DNA of 64,000 bases from an uncultured cyanobacterium (GCA_963703315.1 OY969811.1:1536001-1600000); one strand, 5' to 3'. Counted from the first letter of the stretch, positions 29,603 to 40,113 are shown. The notes: generated from the sequence alone by a model not told the origin. Numbers and translations are program-made.

Positions 29603-30427
29603 TTAAATTTTCTTAATAGTCTCATAGGATAAACCAGTCGATTCAGCAATAATTTCTATAGCTACATTTTGTTCTTTCAAAGCTTTAGCAACTTTCTCAA
29701 TGCCAGATCTTTTCCCCTCCTCAAAGGCAGTATCAAATACATTTCTTACTTCTAGATACTGAACTAAACTCTTTTTATATTGTTCGTATTGTTCCACATT
29801 TAAGTGCGATATTTCTGCGATTTCAAAGCCTTTCTTAAAGATTGGTTCATTCAATATTGCGGGTATGTGATTAAAGTTTTCTAGATTTTTCAAAAAGTAT
29901 AGCCATTTATCGAAATGCGTTACTAATTCATTTTCTTGTTTGTTGAATAAGGGCATTTGTAAAAATTTAAAATTTAATTTATCAAAGAAAATATCCCCAT
30001 CTTGATCTTTCAAACATACATCTCTCCTAAATTTAGGTGTTGTATGCTCATCGTACTCGAAATCTAATATGGCAATAAAATAGATCGGTAGTAAATGAAA
30101 ATTCCAATCGCCTTTTTCAGATTGTTCTCTAATCGGAAATGTGGAGTAGAACAAGGCTCGATCTTTGAAATATTTAATTTTTGCTTTCTGCATTTCCACA
30201 ATAAACTTATCACCAGTCTTGCTTTCGCAGTAAATATCAAAAATGGCTTTACGCTCTAATATGGTGTCAGCAAGATTTTCTGGATTTTTAAAGGTTAATT
30301 GTTGAATTTGATGATGTATCGGTAGAAGTTGATTGAGAAAATCGATGAGTAAATCTTTACTACCTTCTTCACCAAATAGTTTTTTAAATCCGAAATCAGT
30401 ATAAGGATTAAAGTATTTCGCAATCAT
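29603..30427 (-). CDS. Rpn family recombination-promoting nuclease / PD-(D/E)XK putative transposase
   Basis: NPYTDFGFKKLFG, AIFDIYC, FIVEMQ, DRALFY, DKWLYFLKN. Confidence 0.9.
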   Translation of the reverse strand: MIAKYFNPYTDFGFKKLFGEEGSKDLLIDFLNQLLPIHHQIQQLTFKNPENLADTILERKAIFDIYCESKTGDKFIVEMQKAKIKYFKDRALFYSTFPIREQSEKGDWNFHLLPIYFIAILDFEYDEHTTPKFRRDVCLKDQDGDIFFDKLNFKFLQMPLFNKQENELVTHFDKWLYFLKNLENFNHIPAILNEPIFKKGFEIAEISHLNVEQYEQYKKSLVQYLEVRNVFDTAFEEGKRSGIEKVAKALKEQNVAIEIIAESTGLSYETIKKI

Positions 30428-30451
30428 GATTTTTTATTGTTTTAAATTATT

Positions 30452-31279
30452 TTAAGTTAAACCATACCATCCCAGATAGGTTGAAATAATTGCATTTCCA
30501 AAGAATAGGGATAAGGCTCCACCGATCGCTAAAAAAGGTCCAAAGGGAATTGGTTGCTGTTTGTCTAAACTTTTAGTCAGCATGGCGATCGCACCAGCTA
30601 TAGTGCCGATCGCTGAAGCAATCAAAATTGTGAGGAGAATATTTTGCCAACCGAGCCACATTCCCATCATCGCCGCAAGTTTTGGATCGCCGCCTCCCAT
30701 TGCTTCCTTGTGTAAAAAAATTCTTCCCGCAATTCTCATAATGTCTAAAAGCCATATTCCGAGAACAGCGCCACCAATACCAAACAAAATAAGACTAGGA
30801 AAGGCTAAGCGATCGCCGCTAGGTATTAAAGCTAGACTCGCTTGATAAACTAATCCTAAAACTAATCCTGATTGCGTTAAAGAATTTGGCAAAGTCATCG
30901 TATCAAGATCAATCATTGATAATGCTAGGAGCCAACTGAGAAATGCCGCATAAAAGCATAAAATTGGAATTGGTAATGAAGTTCCAAAATAGGCAGCCAC
31001 GCACCAAAATAGAAAGGCAGTGAGAGCTTCGATCGCAGGATATCGCCATGATACAGGTGTATGACAATAACGGCATTTGCCTTTGATCAAAAACCAGCCA
31101 ATGATCGGAATATTATCGCGTGGTGCAAGTTGGCGCAGACAATGGGGACAGCGCGAAGGTGGATGTAGGATCGATAAACCCGCAGGAACACGATAAATCA
31201 CCACGTTCAGGAAGCTGCCAATACAGGCTCCGAGCGTGACTGCCAAACATTGTAAAAATAGAGACTCAATTAGTAGCAA
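30452..31279 (-). CDS. pilD: Prepilin peptidase / N-methyltransferase
   Basis: GSFLNVVIYRVP, SRCPHC, GKCRYC, IDLDT, MGGGDPKLAA, PFGPFL. Confidence 0.93.
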   Translation of the reverse strand: MLLIESLFLQCLAVTLGACIGSFLNVVIYRVPAGLSILHPPSRCPHCLRQLAPRDNIPIIGWFLIKGKCRYCHTPVSWRYPAIEALTAFLFWCVAAYFGTSLPIPILCFYAAFLSWLLALSMIDLDTMTLPNSLTQSGLVLGLVYQASLALIPSGDRLAFPSLILFGIGGAVLGIWLLDIMRIAGRIFLHKEAMGGGDPKLAAMMGMWLGWQNILLTILIASAIGTIAGAIAMLTKSLDKQQPIPFGPFLAIGGALSLFFGNAIISTYLGWYGLT

Positions 31280-31338
31280 AGAGTTAGGGAACTAATAAAT
31301 CAATTTAATGATTGCCAGTATATAGCGTTTGACAGTCT

Positions 31339-31383
31339 GTAGAGGCTTATTTCTCCGCCGAAGGCGGAGAAATAAGCCTCTAC
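31339..31383. repeat. Perfect palindrome (cc-GAA-gg loop)
   Basis: gtagaggcttatttctccgcc-gaa-ggcggagaaataagcctctac. Confidence 0.9.
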
Positions 31384-31779
31384 TTAGTATGGTAAGCAAA
31401 TGGTACGGGTGATTGAGCAGTTTCTACCACCGTAATCACGGCAAACTTGCCGAGCAGTTCTTTCCGCTTGATACTCACTAGTTGCCCAAGCCGTTCCTGC
31501 TGCACCATTACTACCTTCAGAGATCGACATACAGGCATCCCTAGCCCAGACCATAACCTCACAGTCGCCTGGGGCAGACATACTTTCACATTCACTTATA
31601 GCTCGGTTTTCCGCCGCAGAACGCGAACGATAATTCCAAGAATAGCCTTTTTCTTGAGTTGAAGAAGAGCGTGCGATCGCTCCATAGCTTTGGGCGACGG
31701 CTTCTAATGCCCCTATTGAGATTGTCGGAATTAAAACCGCAGCCGCGATCGCTACAGAGTTCCAAAAGTTCTTAGACAT
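31384..31779 (-). CDS. Secreted DUF4189-like protein
   Basis: Signal peptide, YGAIA, GYSWNY.SRS.AE..A...C, six Cys; probable start MSKNF. Confidence 0.75.
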   Translation of the reverse strand: MSKNFWNSVAIAAAVLIPTISIGALEAVAQSYGAIARSSSTQEKGYSWNYRSRSAAENRAISECESMSAPGDCEVMVWARDACMSISEGSNGAAGTAWATSEYQAERTARQVCRDYGGRNCSITRTICLPY

Positions 31780-32030
31780 AATACGATCCTCCCTCTGAAG
31801 GTGAAACCCTACATTAATCTTAGGATTTACACAAAAATGACTTAAAACCCGCATTTTATCGTAGGGAGAAATTCATGAATTGCTCCTACATTTCATTTTT
31901 TGCGTAAGACCTATATATATTGTAATATTTCAATTAGGGAAAGTCTAATTTGTTTGCAAATTCTTAATTTCAACGCTTCGCGATCTGATTGACTGATAAA
32001 AGTAACTGACAAAAGTATAGGAGTTAAAAG

Positions 32031-32822
32031 TTGCTCACTAGCACAAAAAATCCATTAGTAAGGCAACTAAGATCGCTTGGTGAAAGTGCCAAGGATCGCA
32101 AAGAGCAAGGTCTCTTTTTAGTGGAAGGAACCCATGCGCTTACTGAAGCGATCGCTACGGCTTATCCACTCTCCATTGTTTGCTGTACCGAAAAATGGAT
32201 TGCGGCTAATCCTGATTTATATGATCAAATTGAAGCCGCTACGGATGAAATTGAAAGATTAGAAATAGTATCTGAAGAAGTTCTCCAAGCGATCGCCACT
32301 ACTAAAAACCCTGATGGCGTAATTGCGGCAGCGCCCCTGCCATCGCAGGAAGTAGCCAAAATCACAACTTTGGGCTTAGCCCTCGAAACAATTCAAGATC
32401 CCGGAAATATCGGTTCAATTGTGCGATCGGCAGTTGCGGTAGGCATTGATGGCATTTTGGTAAGCAGTGATAGTGTGGATTTGACCAATCCCAAAATTAT
32501 TCGTGCTACCGCGGGGCAATGGTTTCGATGCACCATGCAAACCTCTACCAATATTGCTGATGATATTCGCAAATTACAATCACAAGGTGTGAAAGTGATT
32601 GCGACTTTAGCCAATGCTCAGAAAACCTATTGGGATTATGACTTTACGCAACCAACGGTGATTTTGTTAGGTAATGAAGGGAACGGACTATCGGCAGAAT
32701 TAATTGAACTAGCCGATGAAGCGATATCGATTCCTCAGAGCGATCGGGTGGAATCTTTAAATGTGTCTATTTGTGCAGCATTATTGCTTTACGAAGCAAA
32801 ACGTCAAAGATCAATCCAATAG
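32031..32822 (+). CDS. TrmH/SpoU family RNA methyltransferase
   Basis: IQDPGNIGSIVRSA, LLGNEGNGL, VESLNVS. Confidence 0.92.
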   Translation: MLTSTKNPLVRQLRSLGESAKDRKEQGLFLVEGTHALTEAIATAYPLSIVCCTEKWIAANPDLYDQIEAATDEIERLEIVSEEVLQAIATTKNPDGVIAAAPLPSQEVAKITTLGLALETIQDPGNIGSIVRSAVAVGIDGILVSSDSVDLTNPKIIRATAGQWFRCTMQTSTNIADDIRKLQSQGVKVIATLANAQKTYWDYDFTQPTVILLGNEGNGLSAELIELADEAISIPQSDRVESLNVSICAALLLYEAKRQRSIQ

Positions 32823-32926
32823 TAGCGTTGTGGCGCTTTGCGCCACAACGCTACTATTGGATTGTTTCCCCTGCCGAAGGCGGGGGAAACAATCCTCTGT
32901 AACTCGCTTGCTTGAAAAGCGCTATA
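32812..32926. repeat. Palindrome (25-bp arms) overlapping the SpoU stop, fused to a MITE-like hairpin element
   Basis: caatccaatagtagcgttgtggcgc-ttt-gcgccacaacgctactattggattg, then ggattgtttcccc...aaagcgctata. Confidence 0.8.
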
Positions 32927-32932
32927 TTGAAT

Positions 32933-34243
32933 TTAGTCACTTCTAAGGGCTTGAATGGGATCTAACTTGGCGGCGCTACGCGCAGGAATTACTCCCGCCA
33001 CTAATCCCACAATCATTGATAAACCAAAACCTGCGCCCACAGCCCAGATTGATACCAAAAAGGGAAATTGAAAAATAGTCGCCGAAGTATAGGCGATCGC
33101 TACTCCAAATCCAATCCCCACAATCCCCCCCAGTCCCGACACTAAAATCGCTTCCGTGAGAAATTGATTGAGAATTGCCGCTCGCGTTGCACCTAATGCT
33201 TTACGCACCCCAATTTCGCGAGTACGTTCCACCACTGACACCAGCATAATATTAGCGATACCAATACCACCAACGATTAAGGATATGGCAGCGATCGCCC
33301 CGACCATCAAAGTTAACAGACCAACAATGTTAGAAAAAGCATTAACGATATCAGTCTGATTGACAATCCGAAAGTCATCAGGCTGCGGCGGATAAATCTT
33401 ATGGCGCAATCGCAACAGATTGGTTAATTGGAACTGAGCCGCTTCAATTTCTGCTTCATCTAAAGCCTGTACCCAAAATCCATTGACCGCAATACCTTGC
33501 AAAGCATTATTACCCACCTGTCGCGCTGACATATTTTTTAACGGGATATATACGCGATCATCCTGATCGGCTCCACCCGCAGCCCCCTTAGTTTCCATGA
33601 CACCGATGACTTGATACTGCTCACCCTGTATCCGAATCCGTTCACCGATCGCATTAGCCCGACCAAATAAATCAGACCGAACTTTGGAGCCAAGTACCAC
33701 TACTGATTTTGCTTCATCAATATCTTCTTGTTCAAAATATCTTCCTTCCGTTGGAAAGGTATTGCGAATTGGCGAATAGTTAACATCCGTACCAATTACT
33801 GTTGTCGAAGTATTTTGACCACCATAAGAAACTTGGCGACTACGTTGCAAATATGCCGATACTAATTTTACCGCAGGTGCTTTTGCCACAGCCTGAGCAT
33901 CTTCTAACGTCAAAGTAGAAGCGGAGCCACCACCCTGATTAATGCCGCCCGTCCTTGCAGAACCTGTCAAGACATTAATCGAATTTGTGCCAAGTGCCTG
34001 TAGCTGATTTTCGGTTGACTTTTGGATACCTTGCCCAATGGAGGTAATCGCAATTACTGCCGCAATCCCAATCACCACGCCCAGCATCGTTAGAGCCGTT
34101 CGTAGGCGATTATTCCATAAGGATTCCGAAGCCATTGTCAGGATCTCGGAAAAAGGAACTTTCGCTACTTGAATCCGCGACTTAGCTAAGGGTTTGGCTG
34201 GCGATCGGGCTATAGGCTGTGACTTGGGGATGATTTTTTGCAT
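32933..34243 (-). CDS. MacB/FtsX-type ABC transporter permease
   Basis: LRTALTMLGVVIG, GGIGIANIMLVSV.ERTREIG.RKALGA, PAR.AAKLDPI.ALR. Confidence 0.93.
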   Translation of the reverse strand: MQKIIPKSQPIARSPAKPLAKSRIQVAKVPFSEILTMASESLWNNRLRTALTMLGVVIGIAAVIAITSIGQGIQKSTENQLQALGTNSINVLTGSARTGGINQGGGSASTLTLEDAQAVAKAPAVKLVSAYLQRSRQVSYGGQNTSTTVIGTDVNYSPIRNTFPTEGRYFEQEDIDEAKSVVVLGSKVRSDLFGRANAIGERIRIQGEQYQVIGVMETKGAAGGADQDDRVYIPLKNMSARQVGNNALQGIAVNGFWVQALDEAEIEAAQFQLTNLLRLRHKIYPPQPDDFRIVNQTDIVNAFSNIVGLLTLMVGAIAAISLIVGGIGIANIMLVSVVERTREIGVRKALGATRAAILNQFLTEAILVSGLGGIVGIGFGVAIAYTSATIFQFPFLVSIWAVGAGFGLSMIVGLVAGVIPARSAAKLDPIQALRSD

Positions 34244-34284
34244 AATTCTTTTGCATAGTTCTTTTGCATAGTATTTATCTTGGA

Positions 34285-35694
34285 CTAACCACGTTGTCTT
34301 TGTGGTGAAGGCGATAACCCCGGAATCCCTCTAGGCTCAGTGCGTGGACGTGAACCTTCAGGGAAAGAAACAAAGATTTTCTCATCACCTGTTAAGCCAG
34401 ATTTAACTTCTGTCTTATCATCAACGGTGATCCCTGTTTCAATTTGGGTAAATATCGGCGTAGCGCTTTGATCAGTCTTGACATACACGCCTGTACCGCC
34501 CTGCTGACGCACGATCGCCACAGTGGGTACAACTAGCACATCCTTTAATGCACCAGCTTTAAACTCTAGACTGGCATTCATCCCTGCCCGCAACATTTGC
34601 TTTTCTTTTGAAGTAATTTCTGCTTTGACTTCAAAACTGGTGACATTTTGATTAACGATCGCCTGTGGTGAGATCGATACGACACGACCTGTAAATTTTT
34701 TGTTGGGATAAGCATCTACTTGCAACGTGACTTCTTGACCGACTGCAATCTGAGCAATATTTGCCTCCGCAACGTTTGCCACAACTTGATTATTGCTAGC
34801 AAGGGCGAGAATCGAAGATGCTGTTGCAGAACTCACCGCACTGCCTGAAGTTGTCGGTGTCACAAAGGCTCCGGGATCAGCATATTTCCTGACCACGATG
34901 CCATCAAAGGGCGCACGGATAATCGTATCTTCTAATTGTGATTGCACACTTTGCAGAGAACCCGCCGCCGCCACCACCTGAGCCTGTGCGCGATCGATTT
35001 CTTCAGGACGTGAGCCTTCCTGTTGCAAGGATAAGGCTGCTTGTGCCTGTGTGACTCTAGCTCGATTGGCTTCCATCGTGGTTCTGGCAGCATCGAGATC
35101 CCGCGAGGCGATCGCCCCTTCTTTATAAAGCTGTTGGTTTTGTTTAAATACGATTTCTGATTGTTCGAGCGTGGCTTGGGCATTGGTCAGATTGGCACGA
35201 GCTTGGGCAATATCCTGAGAACGATTACCTGCTCTTAATAAATCTAAACTTGCTTGGGCGGCGGCAAGTTGACCATCAGCCTGCGTAATCTGTCCTAAAG
35301 TATTGGACTCATCCATATAGGCAAGGATTTGCCCTGTCGTGACATTCTGTCCTTCTTTGACTAAAAGGCTTTTGAGTCTGCCAGAGCTTTTGGGGCTAAC
35401 GTTAATGGATTTTTCAGGTTGAATTGTGCCATTAGCCGTGACAATAATTGGTAAGTCGGTACGTCTGATCGCAATTACGCGATCGCGTTTACGGCTGGCT
35501 TGATTATTAGCTGGTGCAGTTAGTTGAGTATAAGCATAGTAGCCACCACCACCAACTGCCATCAAGATAAAGACAATGGCAATCCGCCATCTCCAACGCC
35601 CGATGAACGTTTTCTTAGGTTGATCCAAATCAACAGGTTCCCGATCTTCGGGCAAATCCACTTCCTTGGGTTCTAGCTGTTTCTCTGTTTGCAT
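34285..35694 (-). CDS. Efflux periplasmic adaptor subunit (MacA/HlyD family)
   Basis: TM helix, VSPKSSGRL..L.V.EG, coiled coil, IRAPFDG, LRAGM; probable start MQTEKQ. Confidence 0.9.
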   Translation of the reverse strand: MQTEKQLEPKEVDLPEDREPVDLDQPKKTFIGRWRWRIAIVFILMAVGGGGYYAYTQLTAPANNQASRKRDRVIAIRRTDLPIIVTANGTIQPEKSINVSPKSSGRLKSLLVKEGQNVTTGQILAYMDESNTLGQITQADGQLAAAQASLDLLRAGNRSQDIAQARANLTNAQATLEQSEIVFKQNQQLYKEGAIASRDLDAARTTMEANRARVTQAQAALSLQQEGSRPEEIDRAQAQVVAAAGSLQSVQSQLEDTIIRAPFDGIVVRKYADPGAFVTPTTSGSAVSSATASSILALASNNQVVANVAEANIAQIAVGQEVTLQVDAYPNKKFTGRVVSISPQAIVNQNVTSFEVKAEITSKEKQMLRAGMNASLEFKAGALKDVLVVPTVAIVRQQGGTGVYVKTDQSATPIFTQIETGITVDDKTEVKSGLTGDEKIFVSFPEGSRPRTEPRGIPGLSPSPQRQRG

Positions 35695-35843
35695 AAGAGT
35701 CGCGTCAATGGTTAATGGCTTTAGACACTTATACTCGATCAAACGTTCACTTTGCTAAAAAACGATTTTTGGTGGCGAGGCTACACCCCGTTACCAAAAA
35801 TCGAATTCTTTGTTAAATCGCATAACCCTTATAGCTTTGCAAT

Positions 35844-36737
35844 ATGCAAAATAAATCCGCCCGTTTCTACGCATTTCTCTCAATTGGAGCCGCACTATTA
35901 ACGATCGCCTTGAAATTAGGCGCTTACTTTTTAACTAATTCCGTTGGTTTTTTATCCGATGCGATGGAATCAGGTGTGAATCTAGTCGCAGCGCTTGGTG
36001 CAGTATGGGCGATCACTTATGCCGCTAAGCCTCCAGACGAAGAACACACCTTTGGGCATTCTAAAGCTGAATATTTTTCTAGTGGATTTGAAGGTGGATT
36101 AATTTTAGTGGCGGCTGTGAGTATTGCGATCGCCGCAATTCCCCGACTATTTAATCCTCAGCCATTGGAGCAAATTAGTTTAGGCTTAGTCTTGTCGTTA
36201 GCTGCATCAGCGATTAATGGAGGACTGGCGCTGATATTACTAAAAGCAGGAAAACGTCTGCACTCAATTACTTTACGAGCCGATGCCCATCACTTACTCA
36301 CCGATGTCTGGACTTCCGTAGGGGTAATTTTAGGCATCCTCTTAGTATCTGCAACTGGTTGGTTAATTCTCGATCCTATAATTGCCTTACTAGTCGCTGC
36401 CAATATTGTTTGGACTGGAGTTAAGCTAATCCAAGAAAGTGGTTCTGCACTATTAGATGCTTCTATTCCTTTGCTAGAGAGACAAATGATCGATGAAATT
36501 TTATCTCCTTACGATCGCCACAAAATCCAGTTTCACGCGATTCGTACCCGCATTGCAGGCACAAGAAGATTTGTATATTTTCATATTTTAGTGCCTGGAG
36601 CTTGGACTGTGCAAGAAGGTCATGATTTATGCGAAGAAATTGAGTCGAAGATTAGCGCCTCTCTTCCCAATATCAAAGTTTTTACGCATTTAGAACCTTT
36701 AGAAGATCCAAAATCATGGACTGATCAGGACTTATAA
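35844..36737 (+). CDS. Cation diffusion facilitator (FieF-like) transporter
   Basis: LSDAMES, PPDEEHTFGHSKAEY, ADAHHLLTDVWTS, HLEP. Confidence 0.92.
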   Translation: MQNKSARFYAFLSIGAALLTIALKLGAYFLTNSVGFLSDAMESGVNLVAALGAVWAITYAAKPPDEEHTFGHSKAEYFSSGFEGGLILVAAVSIAIAAIPRLFNPQPLEQISLGLVLSLAASAINGGLALILLKAGKRLHSITLRADAHHLLTDVWTSVGVILGILLVSATGWLILDPIIALLVAANIVWTGVKLIQESGSALLDASIPLLERQMIDEILSPYDRHKIQFHAIRTRIAGTRRFVYFHILVPGAWTVQEGHDLCEEIESKISASLPNIKVFTHLEPLEDPKSWTDQDL

Positions 36738-36779
36738 AAAAAGAAGCTATCAGTTTTTTCGGATCTTTCGCATCTTTTT

Positions 36780-37670
36780 TTAGAGTTGATTCGTAGTGAA
36801 GGTATCACACTGATCGATCTTGCCAGTTTCTAAACCTTTCTTAAACCAAGTTACCCTCTGTTGGGAAGTGCCATGCGTGAAAGATTCTGGAGTAACATGA
36901 CCACCCTTAGATTGTTTTTGTAAATAGTCATCACCAATTTGAGTGGCAGTGTTAAGAGCCTTGGTAATGTCCTGATCACTGATCAAACCACGTTGAGCCG
37001 TGAAATGTCCCCAAATCCCTGCCAAACAATCTGCTTGCAGTTCTTGGCGTACCGACAGTTCATTAGCCTTAGCTTTGCTAGAACTAGCTTTTAACTGCCT
37101 GACTTTACTGGATGTACCGCGCAAAGTTTGGATATGATGTCCGACCTCATGGGCGATCGCATAAGCTCTGGCAAAGTCAGCATCATTACCTGCTGTAGCT
37201 TCAAGATATTTAAAAAATCCCATATCTAAATACACCTTCTTATCCGCAGGACAATAAAAAGGACCTGACGAAGTACTAGCCGCGCCACAGGCTGATTTTA
37301 CCGAGCCATCAAATAAGACCAATTTTGGGGCTTGATAGTTAGTTTTTAGCTGTTCTTTAAAGATTTTCGCCCAAGTATCCTCTGTATCGCCAAGAACTGA
37401 TTTGACAAAGGCAGAGTCACGATCTTTAGCGGGTTGTTTGACTAAGCCTTGGGGTGCAGGTTGCTGCGTATTCGAGAGAAAACCTAAAAGCTGAGCAGGA
37501 TTCACCTTGAACAATAGCCCCAGAACTACGGCGATCGCTACACCGCCAGCCCCTAATCCTCCTAAGCCTCCTAGCATTCCCAGAGGTGATGAAGATGGGC
37601 TAGACGAACTAGACGAGCCATCACGTTCATCCTCTACGTTATCACTCTCACGCATTTCATCCCATTTCAT
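36780..37670 (-). CDS. Neutral zinc metallopeptidase (YpfJ-like)
   Basis: RESDNVED.R, GPFYCPAD.KVY.D, AHEVGHHIQ, ELQADCLAG, FTHGTSQQR. Confidence 0.92.
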   Translation of the reverse strand: MKWDEMRESDNVEDERDGSSSSSSPSSSPLGMLGGLGGLGAGGVAIAVVLGLLFKVNPAQLLGFLSNTQQPAPQGLVKQPAKDRDSAFVKSVLGDTEDTWAKIFKEQLKTNYQAPKLVLFDGSVKSACGAASTSSGPFYCPADKKVYLDMGFFKYLEATAGNDADFARAYAIAHEVGHHIQTLRGTSSKVRQLKASSSKAKANELSVRQELQADCLAGIWGHFTAQRGLISDQDITKALNTATQIGDDYLQKQSKGGHVTPESFTHGTSQQRVTWFKKGLETGKIDQCDTFTTNQL

Positions 37671-37700
37671 AGTTCTTCATCCTGTAGGTATGCCAATTTT

Positions 37701-37753
37701 ATATTATCGAAGAGAGATGCGCCGCGAAGCGGCGCATCTCTCTTCGATAATAT
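37701..37753. repeat. Perfect palindrome (25-bp arms, gc-GAA-gc)
   Basis: atattatcgaagagagatgcgccgc-gaa-gcggcgcatctctcttcgataatat. Confidence 0.9.
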
Positions 37754-37754
37754 T

Positions 37755-38555
37755 CTAAGCGCCCATGCCCGAATATTGCTTGATGCCTTTACGCCATAGC
37801 CAGCGATTGATCACAAAGGCAAGTCCCATCCATGCTGTCATTACGCCTAGTCCTTGCCAAATATTCACGGCTTTACCCACCAAGATCGCCGCAGGAAAGT
37901 ACACCATATAAGGAAATGGTGTAAACATCACAATCTCTCTTACTAAGGGGGGAAATACTTCTAAAGGTGCAATGATGCCTGATAGGAATATGTAGCATAG
38001 GAACCAAAGCTGCTCGATCGCACTAGCCCGTTCTGTCCAAAAGCACAGCAGCCCAAAATCATACTGAATCAAAAAGCGCAACATAAAGGCGATCGCTACG
38101 AGTAATGTCGCTATTAGTCCTGTAGACAATGAGGGAATCCAGAAGGATTGGGGGTAGAGAACAAAAAAGAGCGCAATCAACACCACCAACATCGGTAATC
38201 TCGCAACTCGCTCCGCAATGTGGTTCATCAAATGATGCCAAAAGGGATCGAGGGGTTGCAATAAACGGTGCGAAAGTTGTCCTGAAACAAGTTCCTTCTC
38301 AAAGTCCCAAATCACCCACACAATATTAAACTGACGGACTACAAATACTGCTAAGAAGTAACGGATAAATTCTAAAGCTGTAAAGCCGAAGTTAGCAGTT
38401 TCTGACGCTTTGAGCCATGCTCCCATCAAAATAAATGGCAAAGAATTTGACAATAACCAAATAAAAAGCTCTGCCCGATATTCGAGCATATAGGCATAGT
38501 AGGTGACAAATAATGTCTTGGTGACGCGGAGTATGTATCTAAGCTGAAGCTGCAT
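37755..38555 (-). CDS. ABC-2 family transporter permease
   Basis: MLEYRAE, G.LS.RLLQP, FWTERA, SG..APL..FP, W.KG.KQYSGMG. Confidence 0.85.
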   Translation of the reverse strand: MQLQLRYILRVTKTLFVTYYAYMLEYRAELFIWLLSNSLPFILMGAWLKASETANFGFTALEFIRYFLAVFVVRQFNIVWVIWDFEKELVSGQLSHRLLQPLDPFWHHLMNHIAERVARLPMLVVLIALFFVLYPQSFWIPSLSTGLIATLLVAIAFMLRFLIQYDFGLLCFWTERASAIEQLWFLCYIFLSGIIAPLEVFPPLVREIVMFTPFPYMVYFPAAILVGKAVNIWQGLGVMTAWMGLAFVINRWLWRKGIKQYSGMGA

Positions 38556-38602
38556 AGGTTTATCAGTTTAGAGAGTTGCGCTTACTTTGCAGCGCAACTC
38601 TC

Positions 38603-39106
38603 CTATGAGTTAATAATGGAAGAAGATGCTTCTGATAAATGATGCGAATATTGATTGATTAGTTCAATATCAGTCGTTTGCCAGACTTTACAATCTTGAC
38701 AGTGATGGGCAACCAGCAAACCCCATAATTTGCCCTTAGTCAACACTGGAGCAACTAAATTTGAGCGTACTTGCAATGTTCTCAAAAAATCTCGATGACA
38801 AGCATTAATCGGTGCTGTCTCGATATCTTCGGTAGAATAGATGCGTCCTGCTAAATAAAGCGATGCATATTCAACATTGAAGCAATCATCAGCCCCTGTT
38901 GAACCAATAATCGAATATTTATGATCACTAATTGCTTCAAAGGTGACTTGTCCTTTCCATTGTGTGTAGAAATAATACAAAACCACGCGATCGACATTAA
39001 GCTGATCTCTAAGTTGGTGCAGCGTATCACTAACAACTTGATCTTGTTGTAGTTTATTAGTAATCCGACTTAAAACTGAACTCAAATCACGATTGGCATT
39101 ATTCAT
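38603..39106 (-). CDS. Stand-alone GAF domain, cyanobacteriochrome of DXCF type
   Basis: L.VDRVVLY.F, DDCF motif, CH motif (NACHRDFL), QVRSNLVAP, LWGLLVAHHC. Confidence 0.75.
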   Translation of the reverse strand: MNNANRDLSSVLSRITNKLQQDQVVSDTLHQLRDQLNVDRVVLYYFYTQWKGQVTFEAISDHKYSIIGSTGADDCFNVEYASLYLAGRIYSTEDIETAPINACHRDFLRTLQVRSNLVAPVLTKGKLWGLLVAHHCQDCKVWQTTDIELINQYSHHLSEASSSIINS

Positions 39107-39267
39107 TGTGGCAATAGAAATGATTAAGTCTGGGAAATTCAGTAAAATTAAGTCTGTACAAAGCAGTCAAAATGCTAAAGCATGGTCTGATTTGACTTAA
39201 AACAGTCGATGATGACCGATCAAGAGATTGCTATTCTAGTTCATATTATCTAGCTAAGAGTCTCCAA

Positions 39268-40113
39268 TTGCCTAAAGAATATCGCACCACAGGAATAAAT
39301 CTTAAGGGGATGCCGTTAGGTGAAAGCGATCGCCTATTAACGATCCTGACTAAAGAGCATGGCTTGATCCGAGCCGTTGTCGCTGGAGCCAGAAAACATC
39401 GCTCGGCAATGGCAGGGCGATCGGGCTTATTTGTGGTTAATGATTTGCAGATTTCAGTGGGGCGGACGATGGAGCGCGTTAAAAATGCCGAAATGTTACA
39501 ATCCTTTGTCGGTTTAGGGAAAACTTTAGCTAAGCTTACTGCTGCCCAATATCTATGCGAACTTGCCCTGATGCAAGCATTAACGGCTCAGCCCCAAGAG
39601 GAATTATTTTTGTTGTTAGTCGAGCATCTGGAGCGCATTCAGGAAGCTGAAAATCAAAACGTGTTAGCGCATTTAAATCATGGGATCTATCACCTATTGG
39701 CGATCGCAGGTTTTGCCCCTCAAGTACATAGCTGTTGCCTGAGCCAAAGTCCCGTGATTGCCGATCGCGAAAACCAAAAGTGGAAAGCAGGATTTAGCAT
39801 TGTCGGTGGTGGGGTGATTAACCTCGAAATAACCGATCTTGCCAGTGACGGTAATCCGAACGGCGATCGCCCTGATCAGGCTGAAACAATCACTAGTGAA
39901 GCGATGCATAACCGCATTAGTCACTACCTCAATGCACCTGAACTTATTGCTATGCAAGAACTCGCACAAACAGATTTAGCAGATAATATTTTAGAAGCAC
40001 CCGTAACTAATTGGCTAACAGTTGAAAGATTGTTACGAGCCTATGCACAGTATCATTTTGATAGACCAATCCAGTCATCTGCCTTGATTGACAACTGTTT
40101 TTTTAATATATGA
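39268..40113 (+). CDS. recO: DNA repair protein RecO
   Basis: TGINLK.MPLGESDRLLTILT.E.GLI..V..GARK, AAQYL.E, GFAPQ. Confidence 0.9.
   Translation: MPKEYRTTGINLKGMPLGESDRLLTILTKEHGLIRAVVAGARKHRSAMAGRSGLFVVNDLQISVGRTMERVKNAEMLQSFVGLGKTLAKLTAAQYLCELALMQALTAQPQEELFLLLVEHLERIQEAENQNVLAHLNHGIYHLLAIAGFAPQVHSCCLSQSPVIADRENQKWKAGFSIVGGGVINLEITDLASDGNPNGDRPDQAETITSEAMHNRISHYLNAPELIAMQELAQTDLADNILEAPVTNWLTVERLLRAYAQYHFDRPIQSSALIDNCFFNI

Noticed and set aside
29603..30427. Rpn gene as an active IS element
   Set aside because: No terminal inverted repeats or target duplication seen; Rpn-family genes are commonly stand-alone.
31992..32017. 13-bp imperfect direct repeat (actgataaaagta/actgacaaaagta) upstream of the SpoU gene
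   Set aside because: Only two imperfect AT-rich copies and no regulator I can assign; may be chance or slippage.
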